NCBI GenBank assembly: GCA_965113315.1 | Contig: OZ220372.1 | Direction: 5' to 3' (one strand) | Origin: Podarcis vaucheri | Taxonomy: Eukaryota | DNA: 64,000 nucleotides | Shown: positions 25,780 through 38,639 of the stretch, piece after piece | Layout of the letters: each line of letters begins with the position of its first letter | Numbering within the stretch: position 1 is the stretch's first letter | Notes under the pieces: model-generated | What the model was told of the DNA's origin: nothing | Seen by the model: only the letters and a program-made list of their open reading frames with translations | Database searches by the model: none | Made by a program: the position numbers and the translations under genes

Positions 25780-25986
25780 CAGGGTTTCCCAAACTTGGGT
25801 CTTCAGCTGTTTTCGGACAGCAATTCCCATCATACCTGACCACTGGTTCTGCTTTTGTACCATGTTTGTGCTAATACTTTAAATTGTGAACTGCCCTGAG
25901 ATCTATGGATGAAGGGCGGTCTACAAATTATAATAATGGGAGTTGTAGTCCAAAAACAGCTGGAGACGCTAATTTGAGAAACCCTG
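25780..25986. mobile_element. Palindromic hAT MITE (same family as 20579) with internal L2-tail insertion
   Basis: cagggtttcccaaactt ... aatttgagaaaccctg; internal gtgaactgccctgagatctatggatgaagggcgg. Confidence 0.7.
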
Positions 25987-26329
25987 TCTTTAAACCATTA
26001 AGAGAAGTGTCTTATCCCTTTCCTGGAAACTACTGAGGCGTTCCTCAATGAAGAAATGGGTACTACTCTTAGGCCTGCTTCCCAAGTGGTCAAATCCTTA
26101 CCCAAAAGACACCACACACGGGGAAGCCCTGTCTACGTGCCACACAGAACACGCGTGACAAGGCCATCCCACGTGACAAGGTGCATTCAAATCACTAGTT
26201 TCGTATAGGAATTTCATCATCTGGGGTGGGTGGGTGCGTGGGGGGCTGAGCGTAGCTTTTGGAATACGAATAAACCGGGGACTATCCTGGCCTCAGTGGT
26301 GGGGAGGAGAAAAGAGCCTCTTCCTCCCC

Positions 26330-27740
26330 TCCAGGCTCAGATGAAGGGGCTCTGGCGACCCCCCGCGCCACAACTCGCTCTCCCAAGGACGTGTGTAAAA
26401 GGTTCCCTCCCTCCCAGCGTGTAAATAACGGCTCCCCCGCCCGCCCGCCCCGCTTCCCCCGGATGTCTCGGGAGCTCTTCTTCTCCCACAAGGCCGCTCT
26501 CTCCACAGCGGGGCCTGGCGTCGCCGCCATCCTCCTCCTCCTCCTCCTCAGGCCCGCAAGCGCCTCCCGCCGACCGGGCTCCGCGAGACTCCTCCGCGCC
26601 CGCCCGAAGAAGCCAGGCCGCGTTTCTTCCCCCTCAGAGGCTCTGGCGGACGACAGGCGCCTGCAGGCCGGCACCGAGCGCTGGTCCCGCGGTTACTGCC
26701 GGGCGGCGGCGGCGGCGAGGTCACGACGGCAGCGGCGGGGTCAGAGGGTAAAGGTCGCTCCCCCAGCATCCTCCGTGCAGGGTGCTCAGCCATCTTGGAT
26801 CCTCGGGACAAGAAAATTCATGCGGTGAGTTCGGCCCGATTCTCCTTCCCCCCGCCGCCTCTCCCCCCCGCCGCGGCCCAGCTCGGCAGCTCCCGGGGGA
26901 GCTGGCGGGCGCCGGGGGAGGCCTTCCCGACGGCTCAGGCCCTCTTCGGGCTGGCCGAGGCCCGCTTCATCCCGCTCGGTTTCCGTTTGCTTTTGTCTCT
27001 CTCTCTCTCTCTCTGAGGGAGAGGAGCAGGGAGGGGGGGTGAGAAGAGATGCGTGAGGGGAAGAGGAGGAGGAGGGCGAGCGAGGCGACGCGCAGGCTCT
27101 GAGCAGGCAGCCCCGAGGCCCGGCCCGGAGCAAGGAGGGGGCGGGTGGGAAGCCCCGCCGCGGGAGGCGGCACCTCGGAGGCCCGTCAGGGCCGCGTCCT
27201 GCTTCTGCCCGGCCGCTCCTCCCCTGGGCCCGCTGCTTCCGTTCCCGCCGCCGGCCGACTCGGGTCCTGCCTGCGCCTCCCGCCCAGCCGCCGCTCGGCC
27301 TAGTCGCGGCCGCCTCCGCTCTCCTCCCTCTTTCCCGCGCTGCTGCTGCCCTTTAGGCCACCCGAGTGCGAGCGCCGCGTCCCCCCCGATGCCGGAGGCT
27401 CCGGGTAAGGAAGCGACAAAGCAGAGCTCTTTGCCCCTTCCCGCCGCCTCGCGTCTTTCTCGCCTCCCAAGCGGCCTGTTTATTAGGATGGAAGGCCCGG
27501 GATGGAGAAGGGGGGGGTCCCTTTGCATTTGCCTGGGGGGGTATGGGGGGTGTTTCGCCGCAGCCGTACGACCCAGCGGTTGCGAAGAGCCTCCTTCCGG
27601 CCCCCGACGAGGTTTGCAGAACAAACTTGCGAGTGAGCGGTTGCGCTCTCTCTTCCAGGACGAGGTCTTTCTTGCGTGGATGGGCTTGTTTTTGTTTTGC
27701 TCGCTCGGAAGCGTGCACTGCAGTTCCCCCGCGGTAAACT
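26330..27740. promoter_or_regulatory. CpG island / CNOT2 promoter
   Basis: Very GC- and CpG-rich against an AT-rich, CpG-depleted background. GC boxes ~26434-26453, YY1-type motifs GCCATCTTG (26789-26797) and GCCGCCATC (26523-26531), and an E-box CACGTG just upstream at ~26170. Confidence 0.9.
26650..26824 (+). other. CNOT2: CNOT2 non-coding exon 1 (5' boundary uncertain)
   Basis: Lies in the CpG island and ends GGACAAGAAAATTCATGCG|GTGAGT (consensus donor at 26825). This terminal sequence matches my recollection of the human CNOT2 5'UTR. Confidence 0.75.
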
Positions 27741-29368
27741 GATAACGTGTTTGTTTGTTTGTTTGTGTGTGTGTGTAAATAGTAACATTGCATTTGGGGG
27801 TGGGGTGGGGTGGAAAAGCAGCTCCCTGGAGGAAGTGGCAAGGCTGCCCTTTGTTCGCGTTGAAGCTGTGTGTAATAATGTGGCCGATCCTGTCAACGTT
27901 TAGTGAGCAGGAGTGAGGTTTTTGATGAGACTGAGATGGTTTGGGCCATTAAGGAGTTTTGATACCTGGCTGCTTTTTTTCCCTTTTAAGTTCGAAGTTG
28001 AGGCCTTGTATGTAGCACATCTTTCAGCCCTGGCAAACTGCAACTTGCAAAACTGATCATGTTAGAGCACAGTGGGTGCATTGGAGCTTCTCCTGCCTAG
28101 TCCCTGCTTTTTAAGCAAATATCATGGTGATTCTTACAATTGCATGGTGGTTCTTGAAGTAATATATGTTATGTGGCATTCCAGAGTACCATACTGTAGA
28201 CCTTAACATGCTCTTGTAAAGTTTATAGAGGAGTTGTAAGCATCGCAGGCAGCTGGTTGTTTTGGTCCTGTGTGGCCTGCTGGCATCTAGATTTTAGGTA
28301 TAGGCTGTAAGATTCAGAAACAGTTTTGTGAGTCTGCTGAGCTTTCTACTTGGAATTTGTGTATTGTTTCAATCCCTAATTTACAGTTTGTTTTTCAAAA
28401 AAACTTATGGTGGGAGTAATACTGAGCATTAATTACTTGTGAAATATTTGGGGAGGGGAGTGGAAAGTCAGTCTTCTTTTGCTGCTGGTAATTAATTTAA
28501 TCTGTGTATACACACACACACACACACACAGAGTAATCAACATTAAAAGACTACATAGAAGCTGTTTTGATATGATACACAAAATAATACATCTGATCAT
28601 AAAGCACAAATCATTTCTAAAAACAATGTTCACTTTGTTTACTATTTGGTGAAAGACAACAACAAACATTGGTGTTCCTAAAATAGAAACTTTCAGCTTT
28701 GATCTTAAAGATGTCATGAATGTGTGCAGGGAAATCTTTTACATACCATTGTTTAAGAAAAATCATTTTTAAGGGAAAGTTAATAAAGAGCAAATGTTAC
28801 TGATAAGGCTGGATAATGAAAATTGTATAACTAATGCCCACCAATAGATTTCTAATACAGTTTGATGTAAAATGTCAAGCAGGTTATACCTTTTTAAAAA
28901 AAAATAAATCAGAAATGGGTATTCAGCTCTTAATGAGATATGCATAGATTCTACCAAAGTCCATGTAGTGTAAGTTCTAAAAGCTACTCTGATAGTTTGT
29001 GAGGGTGAACTTCTACTTCAGTGACTTCAGAAAATTGTTACAGATCATGACTTTCTTCTTCCTGTTGATAAAATATTAGTGGTGTGGCTTTTTCAGAAAG
29101 AAATTGAATAGAATATTTTTTCTGGAATTTTTATGTGTGCAAATGGGGATAATTTCATCAGTAATTTTTCTGATGTCATAAAGTTTGATCTAATTACAGA
29201 CTGTTTATTTTACTTGTATTTAGTGAGAAAAGCTAAAAAGTTGCCTAATATTTTTTGCAGCTGGGATCCATATATTGTTGCTGATGGACTTCTTAAATGG
29301 GAAATTTTCCACAGAAAAACAAAGCACTGGAAATTTTTTCATCCATCACCATTAGTTATGCCTTAGAG

Positions 29369-29869
29369 TAAAGGTTTTCAACCTTTTTGAGTCCACAGCT
29401 CCTTTGACCTAGCTACATTCTTTCTGTGGGTCTTAGGAGCCCAGTTATGTCGTTATGTCACCCTTTGCCTGCAGAGTCAGCAGCCCCAAACCCCCTTTCA
29501 AACATGCTCCCTTGTGGAGTGTTCCCTCAGCCTCCTCTTCTCTCTCCTTTGGAGTCCTGGGCAGCTGCAGCTGCCGCCCCCATTCTCTGAGCTGCCCCTC
29601 CGCCCCAAAGAGAGGTGCCTTCTCACACTGCCCTGCAGGACTTGGGAAGCACCCCCTGGCCAGCCCCCGAGGCACCATTCCCCTGAGGAGCTTGTAGCCA
29701 GTGGTGCTGTAACAAACAGTTGTGTAAGTCTTTTGGAGGCAGAGGCGCAAGAGGGCATCAGAGGAGGGAAGAAAGGAAAGAGGGACAGAGGCCAGTGTTG
29801 CCTACAGCACCCCTGACTATCATTCAAGGCACCTCAGGGGAGCCATGGCACACTAGTTGAAAACCACTG
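29369..29869. mobile_element. hAT-Charlie-like non-autonomous element
   Basis: ggttttcaacc / agttgaaaaccactg. TSD CCTTAGAG / CCTTCGAG. Confidence 0.75.
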
Positions 29870-32800
29870 CCTTCGAGGTTTCTTCTCATTTTAAGCAAGA
29901 CATGATGTCTAGATTTATGTACTAAAGTAACTGCAGAAAATGGTTAGTAATTATCAGGAGTAGTTCTTAAGCTCAAAAAGTTGTACTTCAATGATGCTCC
30001 CTGAAAAGTTGTCAGATACTCATGTAACTGAAGCAGAGGTCTTCTGATGTCTCTGGTGGATATTTTTATACCGTAAAGTTAGGCTTTCCATGGTGATGAA
30101 GGAATGGGTGTATGGCTTGTGTATGGATTCACTGCACAAAATTTTGAACTGTTTAAAGACTGTAACCTTGAGTACAAACAACTTACCTGTTAAACTTGAG
30201 TAACTAAAAGTTGCATGGAGTAGGTGACATTTTCTGGAATTACTAATATATAACATAATGATTGATATTGTCCATCGTTATGCGTAGAGTTGGATTCAGA
30301 GCTGGCCTTTCTATAAATGGAAGGGACTGCAATCCATTGGAGGCTCCTGCTGATGGAACTGGGGAGCAGGCGGGTGGGAGGAGGCTGATTCTCAGTGCAG
30401 ACTCCCACACCACTTCACCGACTGTTCAGAAGGGTCTCTCAACCCTCTGGAACAGACTTTCCAGGAGAAGGATAGAATTCACAGAAAGCAAGAGGGCATC
30501 CTGTGAGCCCTGTTCCACTCAAGGGAACTCTGGATCCAATTATAAATTACTTGGAAATCATAAGTTGTGGCAGTTACTTCATTTGCAGAGCAGTCCGTGC
30601 ATGTTTACTCAAAACTAGTTCCACTGTTTCAGTAGTGCTTACTTCCATGTAAGTGTGCCACTTAAAGTGGCACATTACCATGTTCTACAATTTGCCATGG
30701 AGATACTTTCCTCTTTGCTTATTAAAACTGCAATTCTGTGTACATGTACCTGGAAGTAAACCTACTTTAATTCAGTTACACTTATTTCTGAGTAAACATG
30801 CAGAGAAGTGCATTCCATGTTCACTAGAGTATCTGAAATACAAAAATTAATGATATAAAATCAAGTTTCTTTCAAGGATTCAAAATAGATATTCACAAAG
30901 TTACCACACTGTGACCATCACTGTTTCTTTATTTCTTAAGTCCTTCATAAAATTGTTTGCAGTAGTTTCAGAGTAATGCAAGTGTGAGTTTCTTTCTCTC
31001 TTTTAAAAGGCTATTTAAGGCAACTTAAGATGAACATGTAATGGTTATTTATGATGAAATTAATATATTAGATAATTTGGTCTACTTATGTGATATTTAC
31101 AGGCAATAAAATTCCATGTACTGATTGACTGCAGTTTCCCAGAACATGTATATACAGTAGATGCTTTCACAATAATCAAATATTATTTCTGTACTACTTA
31201 AGTAACGTGTTGTTTACATGTTACTTTCACATGGAGTTGCTTTCTGTGTAGACAGTATATAATACTTGAGGCAGTCTTTGTCCTCTGAAACTCTCCTGCA
31301 CTTCCTGGTTTGTTAAGGTATCTCAGCACACGTTGTGACACACTAGACGTGAAATTTCATGAGGGTGAAGGCGATAACAGTTGTTTGTATAATGAGATGT
31401 CTTCATAGAATGAAGAAATAGTATTAGAATGTCAAAGAGGGTAGTGAATAGTCAAGTTAATATATTATGGAGATTCTACCCGTTTCTATATGTATGTTCA
31501 CCTGAGCATTTTTAATTTATCACTTTAGCTAGTTGCTTGCTTCTGTTTTTAGCAATTATGTGTGAAATACACTATTTATGCCTGCTCAGAAATGAACCCC
31601 ATTGAGTTCAGTGGTGTTACTCCCAGGTGAGTGGATATAGACTTGCAGCCTCGGGTATCGATCATAGTTGATACTGTTATTGAACAGTTTTAGTGATGAA
31701 ATTGAAATGCTTAACAAGTAGCCTGTGACATCATTAAACTTCTTGGCACATTTGAACTAGCTTTAAAAGTCAAAATTGTACTTTTACAGGTAATAGAAAG
31801 ATTTGCAACCTAATTCAATATTTTGCATAGGATTTGGCCTCCCTGCAGGTTCCTTGTGATAAAAAGCTTCTATTTATTTCCGAGTAGTGGACAATGCAAA
31901 GCTCTGACGTCCACAAGTAGTAGTCTTGTGTGTTGGGACTCAGATATGTCTGCCATTTAAACTTGCCCTTTTAGCATACACATACCGTTAAAAACTTGTT
32001 TACATTTGACTGGTAATACTTTTGTATATTAAGTACTTCAAATTAGGTTATTGAAAAGCTAAACTAGTAAATTTATTCATTTAGATTTAAAAACATTACA
32101 GAACATCCTGTTTAACTTTATGTATTCAGGGTTGTATCTAACTAAGCCATATTCTGACTAGATCCACTGAAATAAATGAGCTTAAGGTAGCCATAGTTTT
32201 GAATGGGTGTGGTTAAGCCACACTTGTTTGGATACCACCCTTGGTTCTAAAATCAACTTTGGGGCTTCCTGTGATTTTATTTATTACAATAATTTATATC
32301 CCATCTTTCTATGGAAACTGTGTGCCGTTTAGTTGTTACAAATAACAGGACAGACTTCCTGATCAGAAAATATCTGACTGTGTTCTGCCAGGTGATTATA
32401 AGCTACATGCTTCCTTCAAACAGTTGTGGTTTGTGAGGAGTTGATTTAAGGGTTGGACCTCTTCTCTGGATAAAATTGTATATTAGAATTCTGTTTTCAT
32501 TTTAAAAAATATTCATCCTCAAACTAAATAAATCTGCAGGCCTTGAATGCAACTGAGTTGGCGAGCCTCTGTCCATAGCTCATACAATTTCCTTGTCTTG
32601 GCAGAGGGACTGTAATTAATGATTTTTAAAACAGTTATTTGGGTTATGAAGTATACAAATGCTAGGAGGCTCTTTTGAACTAAAGAATGTAAAAACAGAA
32701 TCTGTTTATAATGCTGCCAGGTAGCCAAATGAACCTCTGCCTGGCCTACTAGTGTGCTTTTGGTATGCAATATGCAGATACACCTTTTCATAGTATAGAG

Positions 32801-33073
32801 GTAGATGTTGTCACCTGCTCATGCCTGCACATCCAGTTTCTGTTAGAGGTACAGAAAATGGACAGCCCTGTGTTATCACTGTACATTAAAAGGTAATTTT
32901 GAAGATGGCAGGTTTTTATATTTTATGTGACCTTGAAATTGGTTGGCATTGTTAAGTTGCACAAGAATAAAAGGAATGGACTCTCTAGGTACCAGGGAGA
33001 GAGTAGTGCAGAGTGTGTAAAGTAAAATTTAACAAGAGACATTAGTTTTTAGTATCTTGGAAAGCTTTAAGTC

Positions 33074-33526
33074 CAGGGTTCAAAATTAGCAGGGCACCAG
33101 GTGAATTTTGCATCTAAAGATTCTCCCATTTGCGAGAACCTAAAAAAGTCTGGGTGCTATTTTTTGCACCTGGCTGACATTCAAGGATTACTGAAATGCA
33201 TGTGATTTAAACCTCAAAGTATATGTTAAGGCTAGACAATATGTCAAAGAGTTTAACAATAAAGAGTAGAGTGTTTGGAAAAAATGAAGTATGGTACCAA
33301 TATTTTTATGGTAAACACCAAATTAAACATGTATTAACAATTTCTGCTAAAAACTGATATTAACAATGTGTCACTTATGTGAATTGCGTATTAGTTCACG
33401 CTTATCAAAATAAATAGGGTTGCCGACACCCCCCCAATGGTGACTAGACATTCTGTTTTGACTCTCACAAGCTAGGTCCCAAAAGCCATTTGACTCCTAG
33501 CTTTTCTATCCCACTTTCTAACACTG
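33074..33526. mobile_element. Old hAT-like element
   Basis: cagggttcaaaatt / actttctaacactg with degenerate 8-bp TSD tttaagtc / ttcaagcc. Confidence 0.45.
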
Positions 33527-34423
33527 TTCAAGCCCATTAGGATTTGAAATATATTTGTTCTTATTTGAAATAAATTAATTAGGAATGTGTATTTGGATTT
33601 CATTAATGAAATCAATCTGATATGAAAACACTTTCATCTTCCTAGAATAATAGTATAAAGATGATATTGGAACTTAAAATATGAACATTGCCTTCCTAGA
33701 GCACATTACCGAACATTCAAAAAGGAGAGATAAAGTAATCATGGGATACCTCAGCTCCCCTGAAATCTGTTGGAACTCAATCTCAGCCAAGAATGTAAAG
33801 TCCAACAAATTCCTCACTTTCTTCGCTGACAATAATTTCATTTCCCAGAAGCTTGAAGAAGCAATAAGGGGATCGCTGACAATAATTTCATTTCCCAGAA
33901 GCTTGAAGAAGCAATAAGGGGATCGTGTGTCTTGAACCTAATGGTGGAAGTACTGGGAACCTTGAGAGGAAGTGATCATGTCCTCCTGGGTTTCATGATA
34001 GAGGTAAGGGAAAGCTGAATGTAGTTGGACATGCACCCTGGACTTTAAGAAGGCAGATTTCAAAATGCTTAAGTAACTTCTGGGTGAGATCCAATGGTCA
34101 GAAATATTCGAAGAGAAGGGAGTCCAAGAGGAATGGGAGTTACTTAAAGGAGAAATATTGAAGGTCCAAATGCAGACAGTTCCAACAAGAAAGGAAAGTG
34201 GGAGGCATCTAAATAAACTAGTGTGGCTACAGATGAGCTGAGATTTAACAACGACATGTATAAGAAATGGAAGAAAGGGGAAATCACAAAGTAAGAATAT
34301 ACATGAGCAGCCAACAAATGCCGGGAGAAGGTCAAGCAGACCAGAGCTCAGAAATTAGCTCAGGCCTTCAAGAGAGGTTAAAAATAATTTTTAAAGCTTT
34401 CCTCAACCATGTTTGAAAAAGCG

Positions 34424-34424
34424 A

Positions 34425-34456
<32 letters not shown>

Positions 34457-34457
34457 A
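34424..34457. repeat. (GAAA)n microsatellite
   Basis: Directly visible. Confidence 0.9.
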
Positions 34458-35223
34458 TGTATTAGGTCTTCTGCATGGAGAAATACTCTTCGGTGGCAGA
34501 GAGAAGGTGGAACTACTCAACATGTACTTTACCATTGTCTTCACTTAAAAGGAAAGCAGTGCCCAACCTGGTGATAACATGATGCAAGGAGAGAGCTTCA
34601 ACCCAATATAGGAAAAGAGGTGGTAAGGGAACACCTAACTACTTTAAATGAATTCAAATCTCCAGGACGTGATGAGCTGCATCCAAGGGTACTAAAGGAG
34701 CTTGTGGATGTAATCTGTCTATAATCGTTGAGAATTCTTGGAGACAGGTGAGGTCCCTGCAGATTGGAGGCAGGCAAATGTTGTCTGCATCTCCATAAAG
34801 GGGGAAAAAGTAGACCTATGTAACTACTGACTGGTCAGTTTGACATCTGCACTAGGCAAGGTCCTAGAACAGATAATTAAATGGTCTATGAGCACTTAGA
34901 AAAGTTGTGATTACTAAGACGCAAGCATGGGTTTCTCAGAAACAAGTCATGACAGAGTCCTCCATGATATTCTTGCAGAGAAGCTGGTAAAATGGGGGCT
35001 GGACAAAGTTACTGTTAGGTGGATTGGTAGCTGGTTGACTTACCAAACCCAAAGAGTGCTCACTAATGGTTTCGTGTCATCCTGGATAAAAGTGAAAAGT
35101 GGGGTACTGCAGGGTTTTGTCCTGGGCCCATTGTTCAACATCTTTATAAATTACTTGGATGAAGGAATTGAGGGGATGCTCAGCAAATTTGCAGAAGACA
35201 CCATTCTGGGAGGGTGTAGAATA

Positions 35224-35568
35224 CAGTGGTGCCTCGCAAGACGAAATTAATTCGTTCCGCGAGTTTTTTCGTCTTGCGGTTTTTTCGTCTTGCGAAGCAC
35301 AGTGTCGGAAAAGTTTTGGAAAAGCTTCAAAAATCACCAAAAACCTCAAAAAAGGCTACCACACCGCGTTCTATGAGTTGCTCCTTGAAGTCAAGTCGCA
35401 ACTGTATTAACGGTGTTAAGAAAAAGGAAACAAACTTGCAAGACATTTTCGTCTTGCGAAGCAAGCCCATAGGGAAATTCGTCTTGCGAAGCAGCTCAAA
35501 AACCGCAAAACCCTTTCGTCTAGCGAGTTTTTCATCTTGCGAGGCATTCGTCTTGCGGGGCACCACTG
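35224..35568. mobile_element. Tigger-like MITE nested in CR1
   Basis: TA TSD and TIRs; near-identical reverse complement of 389-742. Confidence 0.9.
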
Positions 35569-37541
35569 TACATAATCAAGGATTCAAGATGAGCTTAATA
35601 GATTGGAGAACTGGACCAAAACTAACAAAATGAATTTCAGTAGGGATAAATGCATGATTCTACACTTGGCAGGAAGAACCAGCTGTACAAATATAAGATG
35701 GGGGAAACTTGGCTTGCTAGTAGTATGTGTGAAAAGGATTGTGGAATTTTAGGTAGGCCACAAGCTAAACAAGAGCTAAACGTGAGTGTGATGCAGCAGC
35801 AAAAAAAGCTAATGCTAGTCCAGGCTGTACCAACAGAAGTCTAGTGTCCTGCCTGTTCAAGGGAAGTAATGGTCTCTCTGTATTCTGCCTTGGCCAGCCC
35901 ACATCTGTAGTACTGTGTCCAGTTTTGGCCACCAGAATTTAAGGATGTTGACAAGAAGCTACAAGAGAGGAGATTCAGACTAAGCATCAAAAAGAACCTT
36001 CTGACAGTAAGAGCTGCTTGACGGTGGATTGGGAGCCCCTTGGAAGGTGGAAGTTTTTAAGCAGAGTTTGGATGGCCATCTGTGATGGATGCTTTAGATG
36101 AGATTCCTTCATTGCACAGCGTTGGACTAGACTAGATTCATAAATATGTGCAAAGAGTTGAGAAGCTGCTTTCATTTCATTCAGACCTTCCATTTTCTGA
36201 AGACCTTGAGGCTTGCCATAAAAATTCAGAATAGGAAGCAATTGGTCTTTCAGACACTAATACTGTTTAGATAAATAGAAGAAGTTATACTGTTGTTTTA
36301 AGAAAAAATACATTTACTGGGATTGGAATAGAATTAATCATCATTTACTCAAGTTACGTTGATGCTTGCTATGTGAAGTAACAGTGGGTAGAATTATAAA
36401 GTGTATTTGATATTCAAATTTATTGCAACTTCCTAATTACATTGTGGTGGTGTTTATATCTTTGAGCCTTTTCTCCAGAAATTATTTTTTTATGTTTATG
36501 TGTGAAAATGCTTCTAAGCTCAGATAACATAACTTACTTTTTGTTTGTTACAATGTTGATCTTTTCTGTTATCTTTTCTTTTTTTGTTTCCTAATTGTCA
36601 AATATATATATGTACCAGGGGTTGTAACAACTTACATCTTCATCTTTGGGTAGTTGTTGTTTCAATAAAACAAAGGCGAGTTATATTTTCACAAATTTAC
36701 CATACTTAACCACTTTTATCAGCTGTTATACGTAATAGGTTATACCAAACTAGAATGCTCAGGAGTTCCACTGAAATCAGTAGGATTGATTTTTGGTGAG
36801 TCAGTTCTGAGTATGACTAACAGTGGATATCACCCAATATATTTCATGTTCTTGAAGTACCAGAAGAAACTTAGCTACAACTCTAGTTGGAACAGGCACA
36901 CTTTAAAGGTGAAGCTGGCCACATTCCCACTGAATTTTTTGGGCAGATTGTGTCAAAGAAGGAAATACCATCTAGTACATATACCTTTGGGAGATGCTAA
37001 ACTTTTGAGTTTGAATTTTATGAGCAGAGTGTTTACCTGGAAATAAGTTATTAGAGCAGTTTGTACAACAGTTGTTCGTATGCTGTATTGAAAATAGTGC
37101 AAAATATAAAAACCACTGTTTTACTCATTACTCCTTACCCCAATAACTTAAAGTGGTTTGGTCTTTGCAATCTACCACATTTCTTAGCTTCTCTTCCCAT
37201 GTGATGTGAGAGGGCGCTTTTATAGAATAAAAACTAAAATTTACCTGCTTTTGTACAGTTGTACCATTTTTCAGCCAAGAAAATACATGTGCAGAATAAA
37301 GAGGAAAGGAAACAAGCATTGAGAAGTAGTGTATAGATGTACTGGGTTATTTCATTCTTTGTGTCCCTGATCTTTACAATGGACTAAGGGCTGTACTGCT
37401 AGGTTATTTGTTCTGCCTGTATAAAATGGTAGCTTACAGGTTTTTTTTTTACCATGAAAACTAGCCTGGAAGAGTTTATCAGTGGGCCAGTGGACTGTAC
37501 AAATGGTGGACTGTACACATTTTCTTTTTGTTTTGTTTCAG

Positions 37542-37649
37542 ACGGCTCAAATCATATGCAGCAAAAATTTCTCCTTTGATCAGACAGTTTAGACATGTAG
37601 TATTCAGCTGGTGGGTTGGGACTCATTGCTGGACATAGTCCGATCAAAG
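37542..37649 (+). other. Candidate 5'UTR cassette exon of CNOT2 (108 nt)
   Basis: Long polypyrimidine tract ttttctttttgttttgtttcag| and donor AAG|gtaggt. Confidence 0.45.
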
Positions 37650-38639
37650 GTAGGTTACAACAGCAGCACTACTACAAATGATAAAGAAATTAAGAAATGG
37701 ATCCTCAGATGGATGTCTGGGTAAAGGTGGAGCCTGGGTTTGAAAAAAGTTGAAGACTTCGGCCATAAGGATTCAGATGATCTGAGTTGTTTTGGTGGCA
37801 AGCTGATTGTAGAGCCTTACATGACTGTCTACAGTTATCTTCTTTCCAGAGTGCACCATGGGTTGGATGAAAGTTGTAGCATCCCTTTCTGTATCAGAAT
37901 TCAAGGTTTTGTTATTTCCAAGAGTTGAAAATAGGTCAAGCATATCAATCCTAAGAACTTTCCTGAAGAGAACTTGTTTTGAGGCTCTGTAAAGTAGCGT
38001 GTGTTTGCAGTACTTGTTAGAACACGTTTGAGAGAGGCTGGAATTCAAATTTTGTGCATGATCTTCCTTATGCTGATGAACCTGTTGAATATCTGCTTGA
38101 ACCAATCTGCTTTTTGACGGTTCAAGTGAGGTCATAGACCATCATTATGAGTGTGTCTGTATCATTTGAATTGATATTGACTGCACCACCAGCAAGAAAT
38201 GTATGAAACACCACCTGAGCATCCCCCCTCTCATGTTTACAGCTCAAGATCACTTTTATATCTTCCCCTACAGTTACGTTGAAAGCTTTTGGTAGTTGAT
38301 TGTATATAAGGTGAATGAGGCTGAACTACATGTACACTTATGATCAGCCCAGATTGATCAAGTGAGTCTGCCTTGGAATCTATTCCTCTTCTATTCCTAG
38401 TCTTGATAACATTTACAGCTGCTTCCTTTTAAGTCCAGTGCCATTAAGGGACAGCTTATGGAGTTGCATAGAACAATCATAGTGTCAGCCTTCTGCTGCA
38501 AGGTTTGCTACACCTTCTGATTCTACTCCAGGTTGAACACACCATTCTAGTTCCATGAGTCCACATTGCTCACGAAGAAGCATTTAACCACATCATAATA
38601 ATGTGGAAATCATCCACATCCGTAACTTGAATATGGCTT

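Larger units (their letters stand above)
33680..36135 (+). mobile_element. CR1 LINE, long degraded copy (endonuclease to 3' end, with deletions)
   Basis: Remnants such as [68 protein letters not shown]; terminal gttggactag. Confidence 0.9.

Noticed and set aside
26391-27896. Many long ORFs (up to 229 aa) on both strands
   Set aside because: Expected from stop-codon depletion in a CpG island; low-complexity P/A/R/G composition.
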